From assembly GCA_026770705.1 (NCBI GenBank), contig JANJGN010000029.1, positions 9,920,001-9,984,000 of the forward strand: DNA of 64,000 bases, given 5' to 3'. Position 1 is the first letter of the stretch. The number at the start of each line of letters is the position of its first letter. Below the pieces are notes generated by a model, which saw nothing but the letters and a program-made list of their open reading frames with translations, had not been told where the DNA came from and ran no database searches. The translations under genes and the position numbers were made by a program. Source of the DNA: Isurus oxyrinchus. Taxonomy: Eukaryota. This document shows, piece after piece, positions 37,111 to 50,817 of the stretch.

Positions 37111-37229
37111 GCTATGGTATTTCACAGTACTTTCTGCTGTACCGTATTTTAATTGTGACAAAGCCATTCCACATACTGTTACACACATCAGTGTTGCCCC
37201 TTCTCCAGCTCAAGTAGGCAGCTACAAAG

Positions 37230-37657
37230 AAGAAAGATAGACTTGCATCGGGATAAGACTTCTCATGAAAACCGGGTGTCTCAAAGCGCTTTACACTAAA
37301 GTATTTTTAGTGTTGTGCACTGTTATAAGCCAATTTGCGCATAGCAAGCTCCCACAAACAGCAATGTGATAATGACCAGATAATTGTTTTTTATGATGTT
37401 GATTGATGGCTAAGTATTGGCCAGGGCACTGGGGAGAGCATCCCTGCTTTCCTTTGAAATAGTGTCATGTGATCTTTACATCCACTTGAGCAGGCAGAGC
37501 TTCAGTTGAATGTCTCATCTGAGAAGCAGCATGTCTGACAGTGCAGCATTCCCTCAGTACTGTGTTGGAGCGTCAGCCTTAATTTTTTTGTGCTCAAACA
37601 CTGAAGTGGGGCTTGTGATTCAGGCAAGAATGCTACCAATTGTGTCACAGCTGACAA
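37230..37657 (-). mobile_element. Deu-domain SINE (SacSINE1/AmnSINE-like) with L2-type tail, near full length
   Basis: gcaagctcccacaaacagcaatgtgataatgaccagataa..tattggccagggcactggggag..gatctttaca..ctgacagtgcagcattccctcagtactg, with a tRNA-like head at the right end. Confidence 0.7.
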
Positions 37658-40600
37658 ATTGCTAATGTACTTGTTACAAGTGCTTCTGAAGAACCAAACT
37701 ACATCCCAGTCCCCCCAAATGACTGGAGCTCCAGAGGTCCTGAAGTTGGTCACAGCTGTATGTGATTTCCAGTCTGAGAACCTTTGTTACGGCTGTTACC
37801 ACATGAAGGAACAGGTCATCCTATTCAGGAAAAAGAGGCAATAAAGCAACAATTCATCTGTACTTTCCATCTTTATTGAAATAGTTTATATGTGCCAGAA
37901 CTATTGGCTCTATTATTGTGCAAATGTCTGCACCCTTTCTAGGGGAGAGGCACAGTGATTTATGCTGGAAATTTTAGTGATTTTTATACATGGGTGTTGA
38001 GAAACATTACTGCAAAGAAATGCATGTTTTGTCATTAAAAAAATGATGTGAACGATGTTATCGTGGCTAATAGGTCCCTCTAATCAGTGTTGAAGTTGTG
38101 CATGCATATATTTGTACATGTATATTTGTACATGTGTAGATTTTGAGTACGCACTGGGCTGAAAGCTGGATGCTTCACTATACATTTTTGTGACTTTAAT
38201 TACTGTTTTTCTGGTTGTTTGGGTTCTATAGATTTTTAAAATTCAGTAATTGACATCAACAATGTTTTGGTGTTATTTGGAATATCGGACAGCAGTCTTC
38301 AGAGTAAAAAGCTGTCATTGTGAAAATCTAATAGAACAGTTAAGTCACACAGACTGGTTTACAATACTTCATACGTTTAAATTGAGAATAGTGATCAAAG
38401 CAAGGGCAGGAAGCAGAAGAACACTGTTTAAAAAAGCACATTGATGTTTTCTTTGTTTTGCCATCAAAATACAGATAGTAACTTAAGATGGTGTTAGGTC
38501 AGTTTCAAGTAATAAAATGCCAATAGAAATAATGCAGTTACATGTTTTGATCAAGATCACACAGGTCTGTTTACAGATTTGGCACTAGCCACATGCAAAA
38601 AGTTCAATCATTGCTCAGTGCTCCGTATTGCAGATATAACTGCCTGTTGGGTTCATGTTTCTGGGTTAGAATTAATGTATTCTGATTTTTCTCCCAACCA
38701 TGTGTAAAATCTGATTTTTTTAAAGCATTTTGTTCCCTTTTTGAAAGCTAAGAAAATCTGCAGATTATTTATGCTCCTGTGTAAGGCTTATCAGTTTGGA
38801 TCTGTACCAGCCCAAGGAGTTATGGCTGTGAGCTGCTGGAGTCTGAACCCCTTTCCTAGCTGTCCATGGTACACATGTGATAACATCAACTGGAAGCTGA
38901 ATGGACCATTGGTTTGAAGGAATTCTGTTCTGGAAAACACAAAATGCAAAATACTGTACATAAATGAAGGATAACCTAATCTGTAGTCAGGTGCAAGGTA
39001 CTACACACTGAAGATTTCATGAGAACAAACCATTATAAATCCTAAACCTCTGGTGCCTTTGAACATACTGCAGTCTATATGTGCAGTGCGTGCTCATGGA
39101 GATTACAGACAGGCTTTATTCTGATTTTGGCAGCTTCCTCCTTTTGCTGGTGTGATTTGAGTAGAAGCGAGATTTCTTTTTTATCTAACTGGCATATTTT
39201 ATACATATTTTACTTATGCATAAAACATATCAAGATTATACAGCAAAGCTCTTTGTTAGTGACTTTTTATTGAGTATAGAACCAGTCAACCTTATTCCTT
39301 CTTACACTGTCATTAAATTATTTTAACATAACAGGCATTGTTATTGGGTAAGTAGCTGCTACTACAGTATTACAGTGACAATAGGGCTCAAAAAATGTCA
39401 GCAATTTAATACTTCCACACCCAAGAGATAACCAAATCGAACAATGAGTTCATTAATGTTGGAGGAAAGCTTTCTATATTTTAAATCTTTCTCCTTCTTA
39501 GGGTTGGGAGATATATGATGTTTCCATGGACTATTCTGTAATCTGAAATATTGTATAAGGTGAAGAGTAATCAGGGCTTGAAGCATTGAGCCAACTAATA
39601 ACTAGCTCACAGTGTGAAATGAATAGTGCTTGAAGGTGAAAGAACTATACTGCTGACAGTATTGCAGACACAGCTTTCACTGTCAGCAGTGGTATTACTG
39701 ACATTGGCACAAACCTGGAGTTGCTTTTAAATTCAGAATATCATTTTGATGGTTGATATTCTGTTCAGTGTCAAAACATTATTGATCTCATAATAAATCT
39801 ATAAAAAAAAAGTTAGCAATAGAAAATTGCTAGTACAGCCAAAACTAAATGTAAATGATTGAGAAAGATTGACTTTTTTGATGGGGGAGCCACATCTGAT
39901 ATATGTTTCTTTGCCTCCATGAAACCTGCCATCTTGGATCTGAGCCAATGCGAGGACTTTGCAGCTGTGATTTTTCTATCTCCCCCACCACCCCCTCCCC
40001 CTGCAGCCTGACCCACTTTCCAAGATGGCCTGCGGTTAGTGTCAAATGCAGTCGCTTTACTATCGTGTTTTGTCGTCAGGGTCTGAAATCTTAAATGAAG
40101 TTTTAAGTAGATAACTATTGAAAAGTCATCCTGGCTTCATTGCGAAAAAGTGACTCTTTCCAGAAAATTAATGCACGAAGCCCTCCTGTTCTTTTTGGAT
40201 GTATAAATTGAACACTAACAGTAGAAGATTAGTATCTAAGGTTAATACTTAGCTACAGTCTCAAATTGTTTTGTGCAGGGGATGTTTTGCAAATATTGAA
40301 ACAGGCCTGGGACCTCCTGTCATTACTTTGTGCCAACCACTGCTATCATCTCAAAAAATGTAATAATGTTCAGCAACAGTACCAATGTGCTTACTAGCAC
40401 AGGGAAAATATAGATTTCTTGCAATACTGTGCTCACTGTGACTGGCCCCAGGCAACAGAATTCTGATATCCTCACAGATCCCAGAGTCCCTGATCAGAAC
40501 TGCAACACCACATTGCGTTAAAGCTAGTTTGCAAACCTGTGCATTAATACAATATGGTGCTTCTGCCCTTTAGTGCTTCAAGAAACTAGGTACACACAAA

Positions 40601-41799
40601 AATGAGAATTGATTAAGAGATATATGACAGAGATAAATGGTGTAGCAGGTTTACACACCTAAGGCTCTCCACATAGAAAATTCCTAATCTCAGTACTAAT
40701 GACAGAGCTGAAATAGGACTGTTTGTATAGTTGAGAGAAAATTGTTGCTTTAAAGCAGATAGGTGTTCCCAAGAATGTCACTTGAACTGCTGACCTTAGC
40801 TTGACCCAGGGTAGGGGAGGTCAGACATGAAAACTTTCAGTTATTGCGGTTTGCTGATTGATCCTAACCAGAGGCTGTCTGAAGGACTCTGAGAATTCTT
40901 AACGCGCATAGTGTAAGAGACGTGAGAGTCCTTTAGTCAAACCCTGAGGTGGTCACAAAACCCTAGCAAATTATACTTGGGGCCAACCAAATAATTTCTG
41001 AAATATTTAGCAACCACATCAAGACCTGAAGCCTGTGATGCTGCCTGTTTGCCTGCTAGGTAATGTTCTCTCCTGCTGCCGCATGCTTTGTTCCAAAGTC
41101 TCTGCCAAACACCACCTGCAGTTTGAAGCAAGAGCTGTTTTACTTGCCTCACTGCCATTCCTGATGTGGTGCAAGTGTCTGTTTTGACAGAAACAGATTC
41201 TAATTTCCACCCCCACCACCTCTAATCAATGCCAACTTATTTTTATATATAAAAGTAGCAACACCACTTCTACTGTCAGCTGTTGTTGAGACACAATGCT
41301 TGTTGCTGTGTGCCCAGTAACCGAGACCCAGTTTTGTAAATGATACCCTGCGCTGCCCTTAATCATGAAAGGCTTAATATTAATGTGCCTTCGTGCTGCT
41401 TCTCCCCATCAGTTTGAAATGAGTAATTAATGGTAAATAAATGAGATATCATCAAAGGAAGCGTTGGCAGCATTCAACATTCCTGGCATCATCTGTCTAT
41501 ATTCTACCAAAGTTAATACAAGGCAACAAATTATTTTGTAACAGCAATTTCTGAAACAAAGAAATAGGAAACTTTACAACAATATTCATTAGAAATGAGT
41601 ACCTCGGGGCGACGATCTGAGTTTTTGCATGTAACAGCACCTGGATTCACTATGAAGCTAATGTGTAAAAATTCAGTTACTGTATTGAAAATGTTAACTT
41701 TTACAGTTACCATCAACACCATTAGATTTTAAATGCATTAATTTATTTTGTGCATTAAAAGCAACATAGTTAACTTAACACTGAAAGTTTCCACTACAA

Positions 41800-44325
41800 A
41801 GCTAAAAAGGAATGAAACCGGACGGACCACCTGGCATCAACCTAGATACTGGAAATGGTAGTAGCACACACAGCACTGTCAGCCCTGAAAAGTCCTTCTT
41901 ACTGACTTCTAGAGACTTGTCCCAAAATTGGCAGAGCTGTCCCACAGACTAGTCAAGCATTAGCTGACATAGTCATACTCACCAAATCATACCTTACAGA
42001 TAATCCAGACACCACTATGTCCTTTCCCATGGCAGGACAGACCCACTACAGGACAAAGAAACCTGTTGATTGGCATCCCACCCACAAACATTCACTCCCT
42101 CCACCACTGACACACAGTGGCATGGTACCATCTACAAGATGCACTGCAAGAACTCACCAAGACTCCTCAGACAGCATCTTCCAAACCTACAACCACTACC
42201 ATCTAGTAGGACAAGGGCAGCAGATACACGGAGCACCACCACCTGGAAGTTCCCCTTCAAACCACACATCATCCTGACTTGGAAATATATCGCTGTTCCT
42301 TCACTGTCGCTGGATCAAAATCCTGGAACTCCCTCCCTAACAGCACTGTGGGTGTACCTACACCATATGGACTTCAGCAGTTCAAGGAGGCAGCTCACCA
42401 ACAACTTCTCAAGGGTAATTAGGGATGGCCTAGCCAGTGACGCCCACATCCCATGAATGAATTTTAAAAAATGGTGGCAGCACAGTTGTATAATGTCGGG
42501 TTGGAATATCCCTGAGAGTCCTCAACACCAGCTCCGGACTCCATGAAGTCTCATGAGATCAGGTAAAACATGGGCACCTCCTGCTGATTACCATTCACCA
42601 TTTCCACTTGCCACTTCCCCTCAGCTGATGAATCAGTACTCCTGTGTTGAACACCAATTGGAAGAAGCACCAAGGGTGGCACAGAATGTACTTTGGATGG
42701 GGGACTTAAACGTACATCATAAAGAGTGCCTCAGTAGCACCACTACTAACTGAGCTGACATTGAGGATACCCTCCATCATGTTGTGTGGCACTATCACCA
42801 TGCTAAGTGGGATAGATTTCGAACAGTCTAGCAACTCAACTGGGCATCCATGAGATGCTGTGGGCTATCAGCAGCTGCAGAATTGTATTCAACCACAATT
42901 TGTAACCTCATGGTCCCACATATTCCTCATTCTACCATTACCATCAAGCCGGTGGATCAACCCTGGTTCAGTGAAGAGTGCAGGAGAGCATGCCAGGAGA
43001 GCATGCCAGGCATACCTAAAAATGAAGTGTCAACTTGGTGAAGCTTTAAGACAGGACTTCTTATATGCCATATTGCGGAAGCAGCATGTGATAGAGGTAA
43101 GCAATCCCACAGCCAAAAGATCAGATCAAAGCTCTGCGATCCTGTCACATCCAGTTGTAATGGTGGTGGACAATTAAACAACTAACCAAAGGAGGAGGCT
43201 CCACAAATATCCCATCCTCAATGATGGGGGTACCCAGCAGATCAGTGCAAAAGACAAGGCTAATGCCAGAAGTGCCAAGTGGATGATCCATCTTGGCCTC
43301 CCCCTGAGGTCCCTAGCATCACAGTCTTCAGCCAATTTGATTCACTCCACGTGATATTAAGAAACGGCTGAAGGCACTGGACATTGCAAAGTCTGTGGGC
43401 CCTGACAACATTTCAGCACTGAAGACTTGTGGTCCAGAATTAGCCATGTCCTCAGCCAAGTTGTTCAGCTGCAACACTGGCACCTACCTGACAATGTGGA
43501 AAATTGCCAGGTATTTCCTGTCAATAAAAAGCAGGATAAATTCAACCTGACCAATTATTGCCCCATTAGTCTACTCTTGATCATCAGCAAAAGCGATGGA
43601 AGGTGTTGTTGACAGCACTATCAAGCGGCATGTACACAATAACCTGCTCACTGACGCTCAGTTTGGGTTCCGCCAGGGCCACTCAGCTCCTGACCTCATT
43701 GCAACTTTCATCCAAACATGGACAAAAAAGCTGAACTCAAGAATTGAGGTGAGAGTGAATGGCCTTGACATCAAGGCAGCATTTGACTAAGTGCCGAATC
43801 AAGGAGCCCTAGCAAAACTGGAGTCTATGAGAATCGGGGTAAACTCTCCACTGATTGGAGTCACACCTAGCATAATGGAAGATGGTTATGGTTATTGGAT
43901 GTCATTCATTTCAGTTCCAGATCATCGCTGCAGGAGTTCCTTAAGTAGTATCCCAGGCCCAGCTGCTTCATCAATGACCTTCCATCATAAGGTCAGAAGT
44001 GGGGATGTTCACTGATGATTGCACAACATTCAGTACTATTCGCAATTTCTCAGATACTGAAGCAATCTGTGATCATAATGAGCAAGACTTAGACAACATT
44101 CAGGCTTGGGCTAATAAATGGCAAGTGACATTCACGCCACACAAGTGCCAGACAATGACCATCTCCAACAAGACAGAATCTAACCATCTGCCCATAACAC
44201 TCAGTGGCATTACACTGAATCCCCCACTATCAACACACTGGGGCTACCATTGACCAGAAACTGAAATGGACCCACCATATAAATACAATGGCTACAAGGA
44301 CAGGTCAGAGGCTGGGAATTCTGTG
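41800..44325 (+). mobile_element. Long LINE family A relic (APE endonuclease and RT) with a nested family-A 3' fragment at about 42049-42471
   Basis: Endonuclease motif QNVLWMGDLNVHH; RT motifs QFGFRQGHSAPDL, DIKAAFD and MFTDDCT..QDLDNIQAWANKWQVTF. Many frameshifts. Confidence 0.85.
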
Positions 44326-46194
44326 GATGCAGAATGAGCAAGGAAATATGAACGTAGCCATGTTTCTGCATAAAGCTGGTGAAAATCCTTGGGCCTATCT
44401 TTCACATCCCTACAGTTATACCCACCCAATCTCCAATAACACGGGTATATAAGCTAGGTGTTATTTTAATGCTGCCGTTAGCATTTGCTTTGCAGTGGAT
44501 CAACCTATGTTAAAGTAAGGCTAATGGGGAAATCTGTAAATGCAGACCTTTTATCAGCCAACCCTGTCCATGTGCTAAACAGCAAGTTCGTTTCCAAGTT
44601 TCACACTGTATGAACTGCTTTGGCATTATCTCTGCTGCTCCACACACAGCTGCAGAATGTTAACTTATAGGAATTGACTGTGAAATGGTGCTGTTATATG
44701 ACTGCTTACAAAACTGGTACTGCTTTTTTTGAAGGCTCGTGGTTTTCAGACCAGGGAGGAGAGGCCAACAAATCTACAAGAACGTAGGTTGAACAGAAAA
44801 CTGAAGTTGAAAAGCAAGGGAAGAGAGATTAAAGGATTGAGTCAATTTTTGAACTTCTTGATCCAGCTTGAAAGCATTGTTTTAGAAGAAAACCCATTGT
44901 TTATTATTAGCCTGGGAATTTTAGGGATATGTCTCATTGCTTTTTTTTTCACTGCTGCTGATACTCTTAGTGAAATCAAATACAGGGCATTTGCATGCAC
45001 CTGGAATAAGTCTTGAATGATTTAAACTAACTGTTTTAAGTTCTTTATGAATGATTCTGTTCACTTTTCTCAGGTTTGCTGTTACTGATTGTATACTGAC
45101 TGCCCTTGTCCCATAATTTCTACCACAATCCCATGCTAATTGCTGTTGCCCCTCTGTTTCTTATTACTGAGATCATGTTGATTGCTTCCTGCTGTCTCCT
45201 TGATTCCCTAGCAGCTCCATTCCAATTGCTCCTGTGTTGGTATCGAGAAACTCTCTGCTTGCACAATTAGCTGAGACTAGCTGTGGCAAGCAACAGCTAT
45301 GGAATATATTGCATGTAACCACTGGTGAGAGAGACTGGATTGAAATGACCTGTGTGGCAGTTGTGGTGATAAAGGGATGGAAAAAGTTGGAGTATGACCT
45401 TGAGTGAACGTATTGCTTTTTGGAAAAAAAAATTCCTGGGCTTCACATCCTGATGAGGAGGTTTGGAATTCTTCCAGCTGAAGATGAAGTGGACGAATAG
45501 TGGTAGCACAGTTCAGTGGCTGATGGCCACACCGAAGCCAAGAAGCGTGAGGTCACTTTTAGGGGTACTGTAGTCCGGTACTAATTGGACATTCTGTTCC
45601 ATCGTCTGGGAACTTTTAAATTTAAATTTGAAAGTTGTAAAGCTTCCTTCTGCTTCTGTATGACACCTGCTGTAACATATACTGCTCATTTTCAAATGTT
45701 CTTTTGACTAAATAAAGATCACTCTTGGAAATGTAACTGAGGAAAATGTGTGAGGTTTAGCCAAGCTAACCACTCTGTTTAAGAGTTTAACCATTTATCA
45801 ATAGATCTATCACCCTTCTTTATGACGTGCAGTTCAATGTCTTATACATTAAGTTAAATGAATCTGAAATAGAAAATGTTCCTGCAAAACAGTCTACACC
45901 AGACAAGTATTTGCTACAACTTTATGATATGTCCGCTGGTATGACGATAAATGTTACAGTTTTGATTCTGTCAGCTTATTTGGCACTTAGCTTCCAGCTG
46001 TGGCAAACATTGGACTGATAATGTGCTGGCTGATGCCAGTTGTGATGCATGTTGAGCAGTGGTTCATCATATTGTTGAGCATGGAGGCCTGAGGCTTTTT
46101 CCATGCCCGATATATCCAATGTGCTGTAATGTAATGAGCATGTGTATTGTTTGCATGAAGCACGTGCACAGCATGTGCACACAGAATTTTAACG

Positions 46195-46400
46195 GCACAG
46201 AAAGAGGACATTTGGCCCACTGTGTCTGCACTGGCTCTCCAAATGAGCATTATGACCTAGTACCATTGCCCTGCCTTTTTTCCATACCCTTGCACACTAT
46301 AATCATCTAATGCCCTCTTAGGTGCCTCGATTGAATCTGTTTCCACCACACTTCCTGGCAGTGCATTCCAGACCCCAACCACTCATTGTGTGAAAACAAG
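46195..46400 (-). mobile_element. CR1 3' tail, same subfamily as 36755-37110
   Basis: tgtgtctgcactggctctccaaatgagcattatgac..cacttcctggcagtgcattccagaccc. Confidence 0.75.
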
Positions 46401-47154
46401 CTTCATTATAGCCTTAAATTTCACTCAAGTTCCTTACATTGGGCCCAGATGCATTTCAGCATCTATGAATGCCACCTCATTTCTCCTCAACAGACTGAAT
46501 CTGTCTCACGACAATTGAATTTTCAAGACACATCCAAGTATCAATCAGTGGAGCTTTCACTATCCCTTACAGTGAATGATGAAGGTGCTTGATGTGTTTT
46601 GCCCTGGTGCTTCCTTTTAGTCCAAAATGTATGGGATGTCATTTCTACTTCCTAACCTTGTGCTCCTTCTAAATATTCAACTGGAAAAAAGATGAAGTGA
46701 GTGTATGCTGCTAGGTTTCAGTGTTTGCCTGAATGGATTGTGGTGGTGCAATCTCCATTGTTAGGCGAGAAGATGACCCTACAAGTGAAAATTCCACAGT
46801 TATTGAAGAAATGGCTGCCTGGTGCTATGCATTGAATGAGTCTACTGTGGTCATTCGAGTTGAGTTGAAAGGAGGTTGAGATTTGATGCAAGAGGCAACT
46901 GCAATATTTGTGTTAACTCCTGCTATTCCCCTGCAGTTTACCAGTTCATTAGCTTTAGCCAAAGGACTAAAGTCCTTTGTGGGAGCAGATCTCTGGACAT
47001 CATTTAGGCAGGTGAAGACCTCCATTTTGGCTCGTTCAATCTAATTTCATATTCTGGACACCGCAACTGCTCTAGTTTATGGCAGTACCAAGCCTTCTGA
47101 AATGAACCATACCTGACCCTAAAAACCTGGTTGAGAGGGTCTGCATTGCAAGGA

Positions 47155-47565
47155 AAGTAAAACTTGCATTTATATAGCACCTTTCACAGCCTTGAGATGT
47201 CCTAAAAGACTTTACAACCAATGGAATACTTTTGAAGTGTAGTTGCTGTTGTAATGTAGAAATGCAGCAGTCAGTTTGCACACAGCAAACTCCGATAAAC
47301 AGCAATTGATAATGACAGATGGTCTGTTTTAGTAATGTGATAGAAGATAAATTTTACTAAGTATACAGGGGAAAACTCACCTGCTCTTCCAGTAGCACCC
47401 TGCAGGGGCAGGTGGAGCCTTGATGCAAAAGACAGCATCTCTGGCAGTTCTGCATTCCATCATTATTGCACTAGATTGTTGTGCTCCAGTCTCTTGCGTG
47501 GAAATTGAACCCACAATCTTCTGACTTGGAGGCAAGAGTGTTACCACTGAGGCACGGCTGACACC
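47155..47565 (-). mobile_element. Deu-domain/SacSINE1-like SINE
   Basis: acttgcatttatatagcacctttcac..tgaacccacaatcttctgacttggaggcaagagtgttaccactgag. Confidence 0.7.
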
Positions 47566-48004
47566 ATATAGCTACGGTAAATATGGTGGCTTGCTGTTCA
47601 GTCATGCAGCATCACACTGATACAGGCTGCGGATTCCTCAGTGGGGGCCCTTTAGCTTTACAGATGGTGTGGCAAAAATCTCTCAAATGACTCCGTGAAG
47701 CATTGGTGTTGTACTACCAAAGAACATTTGTAGCCCTAGTCTTACCACGATGAAGACGGCTGCGCCTCCTGGAATTCTGCTTGCACTTCTCCACCTTGCT
47801 TGTGCTCAGTACTTCCTCAAGTGTACCTTCCTGTAACTCATGAACAGAGCCATGCACAGAGCATATATTACAATATGCAAAGCACTAGGTCAAGGCTTCA
47901 CAGTTGACTGGGCTGCCTCTTTCAGGCACTCGAAACAAAAAGTGTAGTTTACAGTTAAATGTTGCATTATAAGGCTATGAAGGAATGATTCAATGAATAA
48001 AAAG

Positions 48005-48118
48005 GAACTGCAGCAGTTCAAGAAGGCAGCTCACCACCACCTTCTCAAGGGCAATTAAGGGTGGGCAATAAATGCTGGCCTAGCCAGCAACGCCCACGTC
48101 CCGTAAATGAATAAAGAA
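48005..48118 (+). mobile_element. LINE family A 3' tail
   Basis: gcagttcaagaaggcagctcaccaccaccttctcaagggcaattaagggtgggcaataaatgctggcctagccagc. Confidence 0.8.
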
Positions 48119-48148
48119 AAGGAGTGAATAGCAAAGGATAATAACCAT

Positions 48149-48368
48149 TGTGATGACTGCCACTTTAAGATCAGTTCAACTGAGGAGGGGTCATGTGATT
48201 TGTTCAACCAATGTGTGATTAGTATGGGGGAAATAAATTCTAGAGAGGGGTTTCCTGGGAAAAGATGGATGTATGAGAGGCTGCCTAGGTACAAACAGCC
48301 ACAGAAGCTCTTGCGTAAATAAAGTTTGTTTTGTTTGACTAAGAAGCCTCCCAGAGCGTGTTTCTACA
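48149..48368 (+). mobile_element. Candidate short solo LTR (220 bp, Gypsy-like)
   Basis: TGT...ACA termini, flanks CCAT/CTAT (3 of 4 match), an internal CCAAT and AATAAA at 48318-48323. Confidence 0.45.
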
Positions 48369-48534
48369 CTATGTTCTTGGTTTTTGTGATCTGCGCCTTC
48401 CTTTCTTTGTAAACTTCATCCAGATTGGTATCCCATTTATAAAGTAAATCCCTTGTTTCATCAGATTATGTAGTGATTTTATTATTTGCATTAGTCTTGG
48501 ATCAAATTTCATAAAATTATGCGCCCATAGCTAT

Positions 48535-49598
48535 TGTCACAACTCACTGGGCTACTGCACTGCAATATCAAGCCCACTGCTCCCTGAATCACAGCAAATG
48601 TTAAAAGTTTGATCAAACTATCTAATTGTTTAATTTAGGTTAACAGAATATGAGCACCAGGTTTGTCAACTTAATAAGTAAATGACTGTTTATTGAACAA
48701 ATTGTCTTTAACCAGTGGCAAAGAAACATGAATTGCTAATTTCTAACTCTATAACCTATACCCTACCCCTTCCTACATCCGTATACATACACATAAAAGA
48801 CACATGAGACCCACAAAATATGTATTTTAAGGGTGCAATAAAACAGTTCAATAGCACCAATTCCAGAGTACAGGATTCAGTGGGTTGATTTTGATCAATG
48901 TCTTCCAAATTCTTTTCAGTTCTTTGTTGATGACATGAGGTGGCAGCACTTTCAGTCTTTAGTTCACTGGTTGAACACTTACTTTTCAATGTCTGTAATG
49001 GTGATTTTCTCCTTTTCCTCTTGATGAGGTGTTTTCAGAGAAAGAGCAGGTTATAGAGATATAAGAAAAAAACAGCTAGGTATTATCGTAGAATTACTGG
49101 AATCTTACACATGAGAAAGAAGTTTTAGGTCTTTTCTCTTTTCAGGCTAGGATCTTCTCTGCTGCACTGCTCTCACTCAAACCCTGGTCACCTGGTTAGA
49201 AGCCAATTAAAATGTTTTGCCTGTCAGTTCCCCATTAGCCCAGACTCCTCCTTAGCACCATCCTGTTTTTCATGGCGCACACTGTTCCAGGACAGCAACA
49301 TTGTATATGTCCCTCACACTGTTCTAGTAGACATGTCTTCCAAACTGCAGCCATTGTAATTTTAATCCACAGTCCAACAGAAGTAAACAGATATGTTCTT
49401 TACATTATCCCAAGTTCTGCTTTTATCTCTGGTGGTTTCATATTTCAACCTTTTTTATACCTGATTCAATCTTGTTCAGGTACATTACATTTGGTATTGC
49501 CGCTTGCATTTTATCCTGTTGCCTCAGGATTTTCCCCATGCATCTCTGAAGTAATCTTTAAGATTATTGCCATGTGTATCTTGTATAACTCTTAGACA
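48535..49598 (-). mobile_element. Candidate solo LTR (about 1.06 kb)
   Basis: TGTC...GACA termini, flanks GCTAT/GCCAA (3 of 5 match), minus-strand AATAAA near 48690. Confidence 0.35.
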
Positions 49599-50817
49599 GC
49601 CAAATATCATCGATTTTCACCTCAAGTTGATCCAGGATCCTGGGAGCTTTTTGTTGGAATATTGTCTGTATTAATAAGACTCTAAATGATGTGCACGTGA
49701 ATTTTAGTTGAGCAAATGAAATCCACTTAGCTTAGTGCTTTCTTCATTAAAAGCTATTTGGCAGTAGTATGCTGATGATATCAAGTATGGCAGAGATGTA
49801 CATCTGCCATTTATGGAGCACTCTTCTAGGTGCATGGGCTGTTGGTAGCTCTTCTGAGTTTATTGTTTCATAGTCACCTGACATGGCAGCATACCATCTG
49901 TCACATCAGTGTACTCTTTGAGTCTGTTCCTTGGTGAAATTTTGACAATTTGCTCTGTGTTAATATTTCCCTGTTCCCAGGGCTAGTTCCAAACAGCCGC
50001 CTTTACCTGGACTCACATCCTTTTGTAGAAGTTCACCATTTGGAATTTCAAAACATAGTCTTTCCCAACTGAGCACCTCCTCTGAGGAGGAAGAAAGTTT
50101 CGTTTTGGTGTTATTAAGAGTCCAGTTGCTTTTTAAGGTTATGCTGAGATCAATTGGAAGGTATATTTTCTGCTGCTGGAGTTTCTCGATTGAGAGTGGA
50201 TTACTAATTCAGTGACATTGCTGCTATGCCACCATCTCCTTTTCTCTGCCTCTTTCTATTATTTAATGCTTATTGATCTGAACTTGTCCTGTGATCTTTT
50301 TGTACTTTTTAGGGCAGAATTTTACACTGTACGGGTGGCTGTGCGCCTGATCCAGTCAGGTGTAAAATAGCGCGAGAAGACCTTGGGCGAGTATCCTGAC
50401 ATCGTCATGCATGTTCCAATCTTCAGGTCGGCGGGCGCGCGTGGGTGTCAGAACCACTCCGTCATCAATTAAAAGGCCACTTAAGGCCATTAAAAACCCA
50501 ATTGAGCCTGATTTTACGTTGCCCAAACGATTTTGCACTCATCGCACGGGCAAAATGGGCAGGCGGACAGCCCACATTTTGCAAAACCTCATCCAAGGGA
50601 GGGATAAAAAGGGTCAGCAGCATTGCCGTAGTGAGGAGTTTACGAGATAGTTTGCTGCTGGTTGCTTATTCGAACTTGACAGCTTCATCTCAGTTCTGAA
50701 CTTCATTCTTACCATGCTTAGGCTTCATTTCAGGATTCATTGGTGTCTTCAAGACCCTTGGAGGATTTTGACCATGTAGACCATTCCAGGTATCAAATAG
50801 CCTTCTGTTACCCTGCA

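Noticed and set aside
38105-38135. 14-bp tandem duplication tatatttgtacatg x2
   Set aside because: Ordinary slippage duplication.
45446-45486. catc-cTGATGA...CTGA-a-gatg, resembling a box C/D snoRNA or a hammerhead
   Set aside because: Only about 41 nt, too short for a C/D snoRNA, and there is no GAAA after the putative helix II.
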